From the NCBI GenBank assembly GCA_029717555.1, contig JAMDHS010000045.1:124001-177198 (forward strand): a DNA stretch of 53,198 bases, read 5' to 3'. Shown here one piece after another: positions 12,099-25,200 of this stretch. A program made the position numbers and the translations under genes. The DNA is from Peribolospora baueri (taxonomy: Eukaryota). The notes below the pieces were generated by a model, which did no database searches, was not told the DNA's origin, and saw only the letters and a program-made list of their open reading frames with translations. Within the stretch, counting starts at the first letter, position 1. Every line of letters begins with the position of its first letter.

Positions 12099-12971
12099 CC
12101 TGTTGAATTAGAAAGGTCCAGTCCGCCGATCGTTCAAGCGGTGGGAGGGAAGAACGTCTAAAGTTCCGCCGTTTGATGTGCCGGCCGCGTAGGGTTGGGT
12201 CGCCAAGAGCAGAAGAAAGGACTCCTGCGAAGACAGTCAAGCCCCGAAGGTGACTGGCTGCCTCCTTTTTTTCAGCCCGCCGACGCGAGCTTAGAGGCAA
12301 AGCGGCGGCGGCGGCGTCCAGACCGGCCCGGCCCGGCATCTTTCCCGCCCTCTTCCAGTCTCTAAAAAGGCTTAGTGAAGAACCTTTTTTTATCAAACTG
12401 CAAAGAGGACAACCCCTTGGACCAACCTCCACGGTCTCCCTCCATCAGTAACAATCTTCGACGACCGACGTTCAAGAAGGCCATGTCACGCGTGGCTTCG
12501 GAGAATCTGCGATGCTGAATAGGCAGGCAGGTGGGCTAAACCTGTTTCCCGACCGGACGTCACGACGTGATAGTCGACGTCTGACGTTCTTTCTGGAAAA
12601 CATTTGCATCACACACATCTTGAATCGCCCCCCATGCTCTGCCGGCCGCCGGGGCGGGCCATGCTGAACAGATAAGAAAAATACGGGGCATTTGCAACGA
12701 CATATCCGAACATGCTGCCTTTGCATTCTACTTTCAATCCCAGCGTAGACAAACGCACACGGAGGGAAGGGTAGCGAGGAAGAGGGTGGAGAGGGAGGAG
12801 AGAAGCGAGGGAGTGGATGATCACCGAAATTTCGATGGAAAGACCGACAGACAGGCGGGTATGACCCCCTCCTGTCAGCACGCGACTAATATACTTAATT
12901 TTCCGCTCCGCCGAAACGGACAGAAGTTGGGAAGACGAGGATCGAGCCAAACCGAATGGAATCCCATCAAA

Positions 12972-15170
12972 TCAGGGGGCGCTGAGGGAGGGAGTCTCGC
13001 TGCCGGCGCTGGGCACGCGAATGTTGCCCGGCAAAGCGAGAGAAGGGTCTTGCTCGCTGAGGATCCTTCCACCGACGAGGACCTCGCCATGCTTCTGGCG
13101 GAACTCATCCAGTCGGGCCTCCACTTCAGGGCGGAAGTGGCGCATGAGCTGGTTGTTCGTGGATGAGAAGAGTGTGAGTTATTTTGTCCTTAGATGAGTG
13201 ATTCAGGATGGTAGGAGTGTAGCCACGATATGAAACTCACTCCTTGTATCGGCCACGCGGCAGCGTCGCCAAGAGCGCAGATGGTGTGACCTTCGATCTC
13301 CTTGGTGAGCTCGAGGAGCATGTCGATCTCTCGCCTATTGCCGCGGCCTTGAACGAAGCTGTGCGTCGACATCCAGTTTGATGTGAGCAACAGAGGAACG
13401 GATGACTTCTGAGCTTAAATGCATTTGCGTAACATACCGCTCCATGATGTTGTTCATCCACTTGGTGCCCTCGCGACAGGGAGTGCACTGACCGCAACTC
13501 TCGTGATGGTAAAACTGTCCATGTCGAGAGAAAAGGAGCCAGTCAGTAAATCGATCCCAATCCAGCTCGTCGGCACCCATGCAGCAGACAGATACGCACC
13601 TTGGCGAACCGGGCAATGGCGGAGACGACGTCGGTAGACTTGTCCATGACGATGATGGCACCCGTACCGAGGGCCGTCTGTGCGTCACGAAGCGAGTCGA
13701 AGTCGAGACTGAACGCGAAAGCCAATCGATAGAGAGGACCGGATAAGCAAATTGTAACAAAGAGGGTAACAGGAGGGTCACGTCGACTCACAGGACGTCC
13801 TCGCAAACTTCCTTAGGAATGATCGGCACCGAGCTTCCACCAGGAACGATGCCAAGCAGGTTGTCCCACCCGCCGCGCACGCCACCGCAGTGCCTCTCGA
13901 TGAGCTCGCGGAGTGGCATGCTCATCTCCTCTTCGATGACGCAGGGGTAGTTGACGTGTCCGCTGACGGCGAAGAGCTTGGTACCGTGGTTCTTCTCCCT
14001 TCCGAAGCCGGCGAACCACTCACCGCCGCGACGACAGATGGTGGGCGCGACGGCGACGGTCTCGACGTTGGCGACGGTGGTGGGGCAGCCGAAGAGACCG
14101 ACATCTGCGGGGAACGGAGGCTTGAGTCGAGGCTTGCCTTGTTTGCCCTCGATCGACTCGATCAGAGCCGTCTCTTCGCCGCAAATGTAAGCACCGGCAC
14201 CACGGTGAACGTAGACGTCAAAATCATAGCCGGAACCACAGGCGTTCTTGCCGATGAGGCCCTCCTTGTAAGCCTCGTTAATAGCGGCCTGTAGATGGGC
14301 AGCTTCGAGGTAAAACTCGCCGCGGACGTAAATGTACGCTAGAGACGGAAAGTGATAGCATTCAGAAGTGAGCGACCAACTTTACCTGCCTTGTTGACGC
14401 GCGCCGTCGACCCACCTGCGTTGGCGTTCATGGCCCTCCCAGCCACCAAACAACCCTCGACAAGCTTGTGGGGGTCACCCCGCATGATCTCTCGATCCTT
14501 GCACGTCCCCGGCTCGCCCTCGTCTGCGTTCACGACAAGATACCTCGGTCGCTTGTCGTTCTCCCAGCCGGGCTTGTTCATGAAAGACCACTTGAGACCG
14601 GAGGGAAATCCGGCACCACCGCGACCTCGGAGGCCTGAGGCCTTGACCTGGTTGATGATCCAAGTGTCACCCTTGAGGATGATGTCCTTGGTGCGGTGCC
14701 AGTCACCACGCGACTATTGAAGACGACGGGTAGAACACGGTCAGCAAATGTCTTTGCGAAAGTCAACTGGAAAGACAGCTAGCAGCGTCGAGCAGACGAG
14801 GCCAGTGTCAAACGCTGAGTACTTACCTTTGCACCCTTGAGCAAGTGGTCATGCCTGCAGTACGCGTTGGTGAAGATACGATCCTGGTCCCTAAGGTTGC
14901 CATGAGAGCGCTTCGGCGCGTCGGTAACGGTGGCGAAGCCTCGGGAGGAGGCAACGGAGGCTACCGCGGCGGGAGAGGAGGAAGAGACGGAACGAGCGGC
15001 GGCCGTGCGCGCAACCTGGCGAGCGAGAAGAGCTGGCAGTGTTCGAGCCGAGAAGCGGTGAGAAGAAGGTCAGTACGTCCGCAGAGTCAGATATGATACC
15101 TCCTCCTTCCTTCTTTCCTCCCTTCCCATCGGCGACAGATTGGCTGTGAGCACTCACCGGCCGACCTCAT
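12972..15170 (-). CDS. NDUFV1: NADH:ubiquinone oxidoreductase 51-kDa flavoprotein subunit (NuoF)
   Basis: Presequence [19 protein letters not shown], then [38 protein letters not shown], Fe-S motif [12 protein letters not shown] and [17 protein letters not shown]. Last exon LMRHFRPE...SLSAP*. Confidence 0.96.
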
Positions 15171-15580
15171 CTCCGCTTTGCACCCTTTCTATCCTCGGCG
15201 AGAAGAGGAAACTAGAAGTTGGAGACGAGTGAAGAAGAAAGCGCACGAGGGAGGTGGCGGAGCGGACGACGGTGATCACCGACTGGGCGACGGTTGAAGG
15301 CACGGCTAGAAGCGGATCGGAGAGCGGCCAATCAGGGCGGAGCCCTTTGCGCGCGCCTTCGCTATGCGTATACGCACACTCGGCCGATCGCGTACACAAG
15401 TATGCGTATACATGGCACGTGACTCTCCATCAACCGTGCGTGCGCAGAGCGTGCTCGTGCTCGTGACTCTCTCGTGCACGCAGCCGGCCAATCGAAGATC
15501 CAGTCGCGATCCGGCGTCCGCCGACGGCATATCGGCTATTGCCTTTCCTCCACCCACACCTCAGCTTTCGAAGGGACACG
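15171..15580. promoter_or_regulatory. Bidirectional promoter between NDUFV1 and COX7c
   Basis: 410 bp between divergent ATGs. Two CGGCCAATC (CCAAT at 15328 and 15488) and two TATGCGTATAC (15363, 15401). Confidence 0.6.
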
Positions 15581-16760
15581 ATGAGCCTTCTCGCCCGCCG
15601 CGCCGCCACCTCTCTTGCCCTCAGCGCCCCCCGCCGTCTCGGTGGGATCAGGATGATCCACATCGAGAACAAAGTGGGAGACGTGAGTAGCCGGGCTTTC
15701 CAGCAGGGCGCCTGGGTTGGAGCGGACGACGTGAGATGGATCGGAGTGGACTGGACTCAGTTGTGGCAGCCAGTGCTGTCATTCATTTCGAGGCTATGGG
15801 AAGGGGCAATGGGAAGAGGCCATGCTCTAATAGCCGGGTCTTGGCATGGATGCACCGTTCTTGACGGCAGTAGCACGTTTTGATACTGACTCGCATCGAC
15901 GGGCTGTCGCCTTTTATCCCCTTCTCTCTAATTTCTCTGTCTTCATTCGATCTGATCCGTTTGATGCGTACAGAACATGCCCTTCAAGTACGACAAAGTG
16001 CGTTTTTTATTCTTGCCCATCCAGAGCTCTTTATCGTGGCGTGTCTCCTTCCGATAGTTGAACTGCCGCGCGGCGATGCTAACGCGCTTCGCTCGCGCAT
16101 GCATTCCCTTTTTATGCTATCTCTTCCTTTCCCATTTATCTCTCACCACTACCTCCACTCGTCGCGGATCACAGAAGGGTCCCCTCGCGTTCAAGATCGT
16201 CGCTTTCCTGGCCACCGGCTTCTCGCTTCCGTTCATCTCATGCTGGTACCAGTTGTGGGTGTCTTGCTCTCGTCCTCTTACTTCGTCCATTTTTTTCTTG
16301 ATGCGGCACTGTGGATGCTGCTTGTGGAGGCGGGAACTGGGGACGTTATCTGGGCGTCAACAATGTCGCGTTGTGTCGCTCGCCGACATGGAACCTGGAT
16401 GAGGGCACGTTGTAAAGGATGGACCGGGTGGAGGGGAGGCAGCGTCTTGGCTCGCCATCCATTGGCAACATGCCACTGACCAGAGGGAAGATATCAGAAG
16501 GACATGATGTCGAACGGAATGCTTTATGTGGACAACGGACATTGCTTTTGCTGACGGGTCGGTGTCTTCTTCCTTGCCCTCTTCTTATCATGGCCCTTCA
16601 CTCCTCCATCCTTGCGCTTTATGTGCGCTTGCTGCTTTTGGGCTTTTTGATGCGCGGTCTCTGCTCTCTTCATCATTTCTTTCGCCCTTTTCTTGCCTTG
16701 TTGCCTCTACCCTGTCTTTCTGGACCGTCCTCTTCACTCAGCCGCAAGACTGGCCTGTAG
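15581..16760 (+). CDS. COX8: Cytochrome c oxidase subunit VIIc (yeast Cox8 family)
   Basis: Four exons give MSLLARRAATSLALSAPRRLGGIRMIHIENKVGD|NMPFKYDK|KGPLAFKIVAFLATGFSLPFISCWYQF|RKTGL*. It has a presequence, the N(M/L)PF motif, a single TM segment with GFSLPF, and WYQ. Confidence 0.88.
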
Positions 16761-19239
16761 ACAAGTCCCGTCTTTCTCTCCCGTCCGTCGTCGTACATTG
16801 CAAGGGAATAAAGCGTCCTTTCTTTTACTCTATGGCCCAAATTACGTGCTCACCTTGTACATGGTCGAACTACATACGTCTAATGCAGTCAACTGCGACC
16901 GAGTCGCCAGGACTCCAAGTAAGACTCCGACCTTTTCAGTCGAATGAAGCGCTTTGCAATGCCAACACCGCCAAGGAGCACAGCGCACACGATGGAAGCA
17001 AGGAAAGCAAACGTCAACTCTCGGTCATCTTCCATCATCCTGACGCATCTCTCCCGATTGTTCGCCTTCCTTTGTCCACATTCATGTGTATAAAAGAAGA
17101 GATCTTTGCACGACAAATGAGTTGAATCAAGTAGTCCTCAACCTCCCAATAGGTTTATGAGCTCAACCGGCACGACGACCAAGAAGATCGACTCCGACAA
17201 GCGACCCAAGTCGCAATATGGTCACAGCAAAAGGAAAGTCTTCAAGTCGTTGAGAGCATGCTGGGAAATGCGAAGAACGTGTAGAACCACAATTCTACAG
17301 CGTGTGCCGACTCTCAACTCGTCCAGTTACCATACGGAGTGAGCCAGTGTCATGAGGGTTCTCAAGAGCGCTGGACTCTGGTTCATAGTCAACACACACT
17401 GTAGCGATCCGCACGTCCTTCGTATTCCAGCATGCTCTCAACGGCTCGGAGACCCTCTGCTTTTGCTGTGCCATGTTGTGACCAGGCTTGCTTGCCGGAG
17501 TCGATCTTCTTGGTCCTCGTGCGTCTATGATGGAAGGAGTCCGCCCTTAACGCCACCCGTAGGCTTGCCCTTAAGGCCGCCCATAAAGTTGCAAGGTCGA
17601 AAGGTCAGGGGCAAGGCATGCAAGAGAGGGTGAAGGAGGTGCTTTTGCGCATCCCTCCGTCATAATGCGTTGTTGTCATGTGTGCACTTGTGTGAGGTGT
17701 CGCGTGCCATGGAGCGGCCGTCATCCAGTCAGTCGCACTACTCGAGGGATCGCCATTACAATGAGAACGTTATGCTGCGGCGATCTTCGTCGATGACGTC
17801 GGCGAGTTAGGGCCGGACAGAAGCGGACGTTGGTTGCCTGATGACCGAGCGGTGCATGTACGACGACACCCAAACACAACACACCTCCCATTCTCTTCCC
17901 TTCATTACCAACCTCTCATCTCTCCTTTCGATACGCTCAACCCCTCAGTGTTGCCCGCCCACTCTCCCTCTACCCCGCGCAGCACCGTTGGCGGCAACGA
18001 GCGGACGGATGAAAAGGGGGTCAAGTAGACCAGGCCAACCAGATTAAAGCCTGCTCATAGTTGCTTCGACACCTCGGCCCATCGTCCACCGTTCCCCCGC
18101 ATCGCCAAGTCCACCTACTCATCGTCCAACCAGATCGTCGTCCCATTCCAGCTGTCCTCGCGAGCCACTCAACAGGCAACGATCACATCTCCCCTTTTGC
18201 GAGTTCCGTTCCGTCCGCTCGCACCTACCCTGCGTTCGCTGTGCTCGCCAAGACCGGGCTTGGTCCACCCAGCCCACAGCGCTAGCACGACGATCGCTTT
18301 TCAGCCGTCTCCGATTTCAGGTGTGCTCTCTCGCCCCATACCTCTGTAACCCTCGCCGACCGCCCACACCGTCTCCATTCCGTCAACAGCCCTCTGCGCA
18401 GAGACGTCGCGGATCGCATTAGGCGGGTCAGTTGGTGAGTACCAGCGTTCCTAGATGCGGGTATGATGCCGAGAACGACGCGTTTGAGGTCGCAAGTTTC
18501 TTGCCATCTTGGCTGGGCGTTGGCGACTCGTATGGATGGATGGACGCAAGGAGAGAACTAGGGTCATTGGCCGAGATGGGCAGGGTCGAGAAGGCATTTT
18601 TTGGGTAGATGGCCTGGATGACCTGGAAAAGGGTTTGGCGATGGGACCGGTCGATGCCCTCCCAGAGCAGAGCAGACGTGCCCCAAAAGCGCCCGCTTTG
18701 CATAGTGCGGTATCGCATCCATCAAGTACGAAGATGAGAGGGCGTGCCAACGACGACGTCATACACGCGGTCAGCCATCCGTCCCGTCGGGCCGTCTATT
18801 TGCGCGTCGTCGATCCCGTCGCCACCCCGTCTACGCGTCTCTGTCTTCGTTTCTGGTGTTTCATGTATCGCTCGACTCGCTGGTATTGCGTGTTGCTGGA
18901 CCAACGGGTTTGTTGATCTTCCCACTCTCCTCTCCTTACCGATTTCATGATCGTAGCTCTCTCTCGTAGGCGCTTGCCAATCTGGTCCTGCGTCCAGGCT
19001 TGTGAAGATACAGTCCTCCCAGGGCATATCTCGTGACTCTCCAGCTCTGGCCACACCAATCTTTCCAAAGCTTCTCCTCGCATCTTGGTCGGCCACGCCT
19101 CGATCCGCCGCCCGACCTTCTCACCCACACTTCCTTCCATAGCCTTCCATATCCCCCTCTTCGCCGCCTTCTCTTCCCAAGTTGACGATATCTGCCGCGG
19201 TCCTAGAGCGGGTGCCCTCTTCTGCTCACTCGCCTCGGC

Positions 19240-22200
19240 ATGCGCCCGCCAGAAAAGGCTGCCTTGGCCGAGAATGGCAACAAAGCTCGCCCCAGTTCGT
19301 CCGATTCACAGGGCAAGGACGGCAGCCGTGCGGCTGACAGGCCACGAAAGGAGGGTTCAAGAGCTCGTCCAGCCGCTTCAGCTAGCGTCGGGCCCTTCAC
19401 TAGACCTTCCACCAGTTCGCAGCTGCCTGGCGCCAGCGTCCGCCGGGGAGCATGGAGGGCCAGCGGCACTTTCGGGAGAGGACATGAGGCAGCGAGGCCT
19501 GCCAAGGTATCAGCCATAGACATGATCTCATCCTCCTCGTCTTCGGGCAGTGATTCGAGGCCAGGGAGCGCCTTCTCACCTCCCAACTCATTTTCCGGCG
19601 ACAGCAGCCGCAGAGACAGTCTCTCGCGCAGCAGTGTGCTGGAAGACGAGGTGACCGCCCCGACGCCATCCGCCCTCTTCGAGGAGTCCCCGACCAAACC
19701 AGACAAAGCTGGCGTTTTCTTTCCCCCAACTCCCGCCCATCATCCTCGTCATCTTTCCAGTCGCCCGGCTCACGCCTTCGACTGGGCAACTTTCACCCAC
19801 GCTTACGCTCGTGGGAACTGGGACCCGAATCGCATGCCATACCCACCGCAATTCTCCTCTTTGGCGACCACGCCTTTGGCCGAGGACGTCAAGGCGTACG
19901 ATCCTGGTTCGATACCGCCTGCCCCGCCTTCCCTTTCCAGTCTGCACCTCTCTTCATCGGATGAGCCTTCTTCCACGCCCGTACCACCGGAAGTGTCTTA
20001 CTTCGCTCGTCCTATCGCGCCCCAAGCTTTTGATCAGGATGGCAGATCGGTCATCAGCACGCCTATGATCCCTTCCATGCCCACCCCAGTGGCGGGAGTG
20101 GAGACCGCCTTGGCGTCCTTCGAGTCCTTCAACACTGTCCTGACGCACAGCCCCGGGAAAGAACGTGGACAGACGTACACCCCAAGTGACTTTCCCTGGA
20201 GCCCCGTTCTGCCGGACCCGCAGAATGAATTGCTCGTCGATGAAGCCGTCATTCCGTCGTCTGCCCTCTCTCGAAGAGCCACTCTGCCGCCCATTGGCTC
20301 ACCATCTATGCTCGGTCAACCACCGCTTGCCGACATAGTCACCTCTAGTAGCGACGCTGCGGCCGCCTACGCCGCCATTCACGGTGCACAGATCAAGCCT
20401 GTTGGACCGTCGTCTCCACCTCAGCAGCTCAGTGCGTCGTCCACATCGTCTGATTTGACAAGGGCACCCAAAGGCACGGCCGTTCTTCGTTCTCCCTCCA
20501 GCTCCCGGAGCACGCCAGAGCTCTTTCCTTGGTCGGATACGAGTGGAGCAGCACCGGGCAGCTCGGGAGCTTTGCCCAGTCGACCTCATCCGATCATCGA
20601 AGCCAGCCAACCGACGCCGGGACAAGGGAAGGATGAGGTCAAAGGCGATGACTTGGGCGATTACTTTGGCTTCCCATACCACGAGCGAGCGGCGTCGCGG
20701 CCTGGGGACTCTTCTGGGAGGACCATCACCGATTCCGCATCGTCATCGGCGGCCGGGCGCGAAACGCACGAGGGAGGACGATGGTCGGATCGAAACAGCG
20801 CCAGTCCTGCACCGTCGAGCGGCACGGAGAAGGCCTGTAGCGCGAAGGACTTGAACGATCCTACGCCCATGACCACTCCGCACTCATCCGCCTTGGGCAT
20901 TCTGTCCGCGAACAGCCGCTCCAGCCTCGGAGGCAGCGGAAGTGACTCTCTGGGGGAGGAGGTGCCGACCGGAGCGACTGTTTCTGTCGAGAGCGCTCGC
21001 GCTTGTGATGAGAAGCGAACGGAGCTGCAGGCGGCAAGGGACGGGGAGAGGAGCTCGACGGCTGACGGCAGCTTACCGTCGCTGCCCTCACGTCCGGATC
21101 CTACGCCTGTTCAAAGCGCAGAGCCGCTCGTTCCGGCCTCCACGCCATCGTCGAGCGGATCATTGTCGGCGCCGACGCTGCATACGATCAACACGACTTA
21201 CTCTTCTCCTCCTCGCTTGTCTGAGAGGGCTTTTTCCGCTGGCGGCAAGGTGAAGGACCAGAGGATCGACGCGGCGCTGGAAGCATTCTCGACCCAGTTC
21301 CCGCCGAAGGAGAGGGCCGAGGAAGAAGCTCGGCGAACTACTGGCGATGTGAACGCCGAAACGATACGAATGTCTCTGGAGGACAACCGTCTGCGACAGC
21401 ACGAAGATTGGCCTATGCCTTCTGAGTTCGGGGATGCTCGAATGTCCACGACGCACTCGCTCAGCTTTCCCGGCAACGCCCCCAAGTCCGGCTTTTCGCT
21501 CCAAAGTCCACCCCTCCAACCCGCAAGCTCTGAGAGCATCGTCAAAGTGCCGGCTACGACCTCGGTCAGCGAGCCGCCTGAGGACAAATTAACCATCGTC
21601 CTTTCACAATCCGGTTCGTCCGCATCGTCTTCCTCCGCGATCGCGGCCAGTACGGCCAGTGCTCCGGCGGCAGACGAGAAGAGGGACCTTGTCTCGGCCC
21701 CCCTTGCTCGCTCAATAACGACCGACGCCACTCATATGCCATCGACGGCGGGAGGCGGAGGCACGACAGTCACGTCCACACTGGGCAAGCGCCGCATCGA
21801 GACGCGTCCCGCTCCCGGTGGGCCCTCCACTTCGCCTTTCACGTCGGGCCGCAAGGCCGAAGAGTTCTTCCTCCGTCACGGTTTCCTTCCCGCCCCGCAC
21901 CCTCCGAACGAGGCCGAGCGCAAGAAGGCTCTCAACAGGTTCGGCATCCTGAACACCGCTCGGGACGTCAATTTTGATCGGATCGCTCATCTGGCCAAGT
22001 TGGTGTTCCAGACAAAGATTGTGTTGATCAGCTTAATCGATGAGGACACGCAGTGGTTCAAGTCGGAGTGTGAGTTGGACTTCGTCGTTTCGTTTGTCTC
22101 CGTCCTTTCATATTGCTCTGCGCAGATTTTTACTCTTTCCTCTTCCGCTCGTTAGCCGGTACGTCCACTGAGGAGGCGAAGCGAATACAGAAGGACAGAG

Positions 22201-25200
22201 ACGTGTCCTTTTGCGCCCACGCCATCCTCCAACAGGGCGGAGAGCCGTTGGTTGTCCTCGACGCTACGAAGGACTGGCGATTTGCGAAGAATGTGAGTTT
22301 CCGGCCCGTTTCGGTGTTGGAATATGACGGCGGCGATGGAACGTATGTTACCAGTCTTACGCGTTCCTGCTGGCCGACACGATGCCGCGAATGCTTGTCC
22401 TTGCGCTCCTTTATAGCCCCTGGTCAAGAGCGGTCTCCAGATCCGGTTCTACGCCGGAGCACCCTTGGTGAGCGGCTTCTCTTTTCTTAACACAAAAGTC
22501 CATGTGTGCTCACTTCTTTTTTCTCGTTAAATACGGCAGCGGACTTCCGATGGCTTCAACATTGGCAGCCTGTGTGTCATGGATGACCGACCGAGGACGG
22601 AATTTAATCCGCGCCAGAGGCACACGCTCAAGGAGTTTGCGTCGATAGTAATGCGGGAGATGGAGCTTTGGAAGGACAAGGTAAGCGAGCGATTTGACGT
22701 TGCGTTTCGTCGACCACGATACTGACGATGAGGGCGATGGCGTGATCTTCTCTCGCAGATTCACCTCCGAATGCGAGATCGCATGCAAGCTTCCATCGAG
22801 CGCTTCACTCGCGAGTGTCTGGCCATGGAGTGGGCAGACGACGAGACGGGGAACCTTCCGTCCTCTAGAAGTTCTGGGCTCCAAAACATTTATGACAGTG
22901 CGGCCAAGCTCATAAGGACTACTTTGGATATCGACGGAGCTCTCGTTCTCGACCTGTCTTCTTTCGAGGTCATCGATACGGTCGATGCCGATGGGACGCG
23001 AGCTAGCAAGGTGTACTACCCTAGCCCTTTCCAAACCGAGGTCACGCCCAATTTCCCGCCGTTCGTCTCGCCCAGTACGACGCCGGACGAGTACTTTGAG
23101 GCGGTGCCGCCCGTCGCGGTGCTCGGCTCCTCCGAAGTCGGTACGCCGCCGCCTGAGCGAAAGGCGCCAGTGCCGCTGACGAACCACATGCGTCTCGCCG
23201 AGTTTCTCCGTCACTACCCGGGCGGCCACTACTATCAATATATCCCTCCTCACCTCCGTCACATCTTCCCGCGCGGCACCACCTGCGCGATTGCTGTGCC
23301 CGTCTTCTCGCTCAACAAGCAGCCGTTTGCGCTCCTCTGCGCTTACATCAAGGACGTTGACCGCAGGCCACTCGAGGGTTACGAACTTTCGTATCTGCGC
23401 TCCATCGGGATCATCATCCTCAGCGCGGTGCTGAAAAAGGACCTTATCTCCGCTGATAAGGCGAAGAGCCATTTCATCTCCAAGTGAGTACCATCAGCGT
23501 AGAAAGGTTGCCTGGCGGGCGAGGACTTGCTTGCATGGAAAGACTGAGTTACTCATCCCATCCTTTGCTCGCTCGCTCACTGCTTTCCAGCATCTCTCAC
23601 GAACTCCGCACGCCATTGCACGGCATCCTGGCCGCTGGCGAACTGCTCTCTGAGACCAAACTGGATGCTACGCAAAAGTCATACCTCGAGACGGTCGAGG
23701 CGTGCGGCAATAGCCTGCTCGAGTTGGTAAACCACGTGTTAGACTTTACCAAGCTCAGCGGCGGGACGCAGACGGGTGTGCCTCCGGTGGGGTCGGTCGT
23801 CAAGTGTGATCTTGTCAGGCTGGTCTCGGAGGTGTGCGAGAGTAGCTTTATCGGCCAAGTGGCCAAGATAATGCACAGCCAGCAGGCCGCCATCGGGAGT
23901 GTATACTCGCCGCCGGCCGATTTCGAAGTCGGCGACGGGTCTGCAAAGGCTTTGTCGGCTCATGGAGGTCTCAAGAGCGCAACGCCCTTAATGAACGTTG
24001 AGACCATCGTGGACGTGTCGATGAGGAAGAACGTGAGCAGTACAGCCCAGTCTTTTCGTGGTTGCACTTTTGGCAGGTATCCTGCCAAACTGTGCGCGGT
24101 CCGTGGAGGGGAGTAGCTAATCGAATTCCTCTCATTCTTTCTCTCCGCCGTTTGCAGGGCTGGCTCGTGCGATGCGATACTGGTGGCGTACGTCGCGTGC
24201 TCATGAACCTCATCGGTAACTCGCTCAAGTTCACCTCGGTGAGTTTGACCAAAGCTCTCTTCCTATCCCTTTGGTCTTCTTTTCTGACCATCTGCTTGCT
24301 TCTCGCTGTTTCGTACTTGTTCGATCCTGCCTGTTTGCAGGAGGGTTATGTGCAAGTGTCGCTGCGCGAGGTCCAAGGAGGATCGGATCGCACGGTCATG
24401 GTGGAGATGGCGGTCACCGACACAGGCAAAGGCATTTCCAGGCACTTCCTGGAGACCCAGCTCTTCCACCCCTTCACACAGGAGAATCCGCTAGGCACCG
24501 GTACTGGCCTTGGACTTTCCATCGTCAATAGCATCGTCCAGTCGCCGGCTTTCGGAGGCAAAATTGACGTGTGGAGTACCGAAGGGCAAGGGACTGAGAT
24601 CCGGATCACCTGCGAGATGGAAGTGTGCGACGAGTCCGGCCTGGAGGGCGAGGTGTACAAGCCGCAAATCGATGTCGCAGGTTCGAAAGCAGTGACGTTA
24701 CTCGGATTCAGTGATACTCATAAGGGCGAGTCGGCCTTGCGGGACGTTCTCAAGGGATACTTTGGATCCTGGTTTCACTTCCAGATCCGAGAGGACCTAT
24801 CCGAGCCGAGCGACATTATCCTCATTAACGAGAAGTTGGACATCCTGCAAGGCCTCACTGCACGCAAGGATGTGTCTCGCCCGGTCATTTTCTTCACCGG
24901 CGCTCGCGGCTATCCAACCGTAGCTAAAGCGTGCGAGGCTCACTTCTCTGCCGGAGGCATGGCGAGAACTCTCTTCAAGCCAGGAGGCCCGGCCAAACTG
25001 GAGGCGGTCGTCGACTTCTGTCTGCAGTACATCGATCGACGAAGGGCGGGACAGCCTGCTGACCGGGACGAGATCAAGCCGTCAACGCCTCTGCCATCTC
25101 CGAGCGGTTCACTCCTTTACGACAGCGGTGACCTCGAAGGCTACTTCACCGATGCGGACATCGAGAAGATTCGACGAGCGGGTAACTCGACGGACAACGG

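Noticed and set aside
16503..16555. Possible intronic C/D-box snoRNA (ATGATGT ... CTGA) in the COX7c intron
   Set aside because: The C box is imperfect, the span is only about 50 nt, no rRNA guide is recognisable, and the CTGA is better explained as the branch site.
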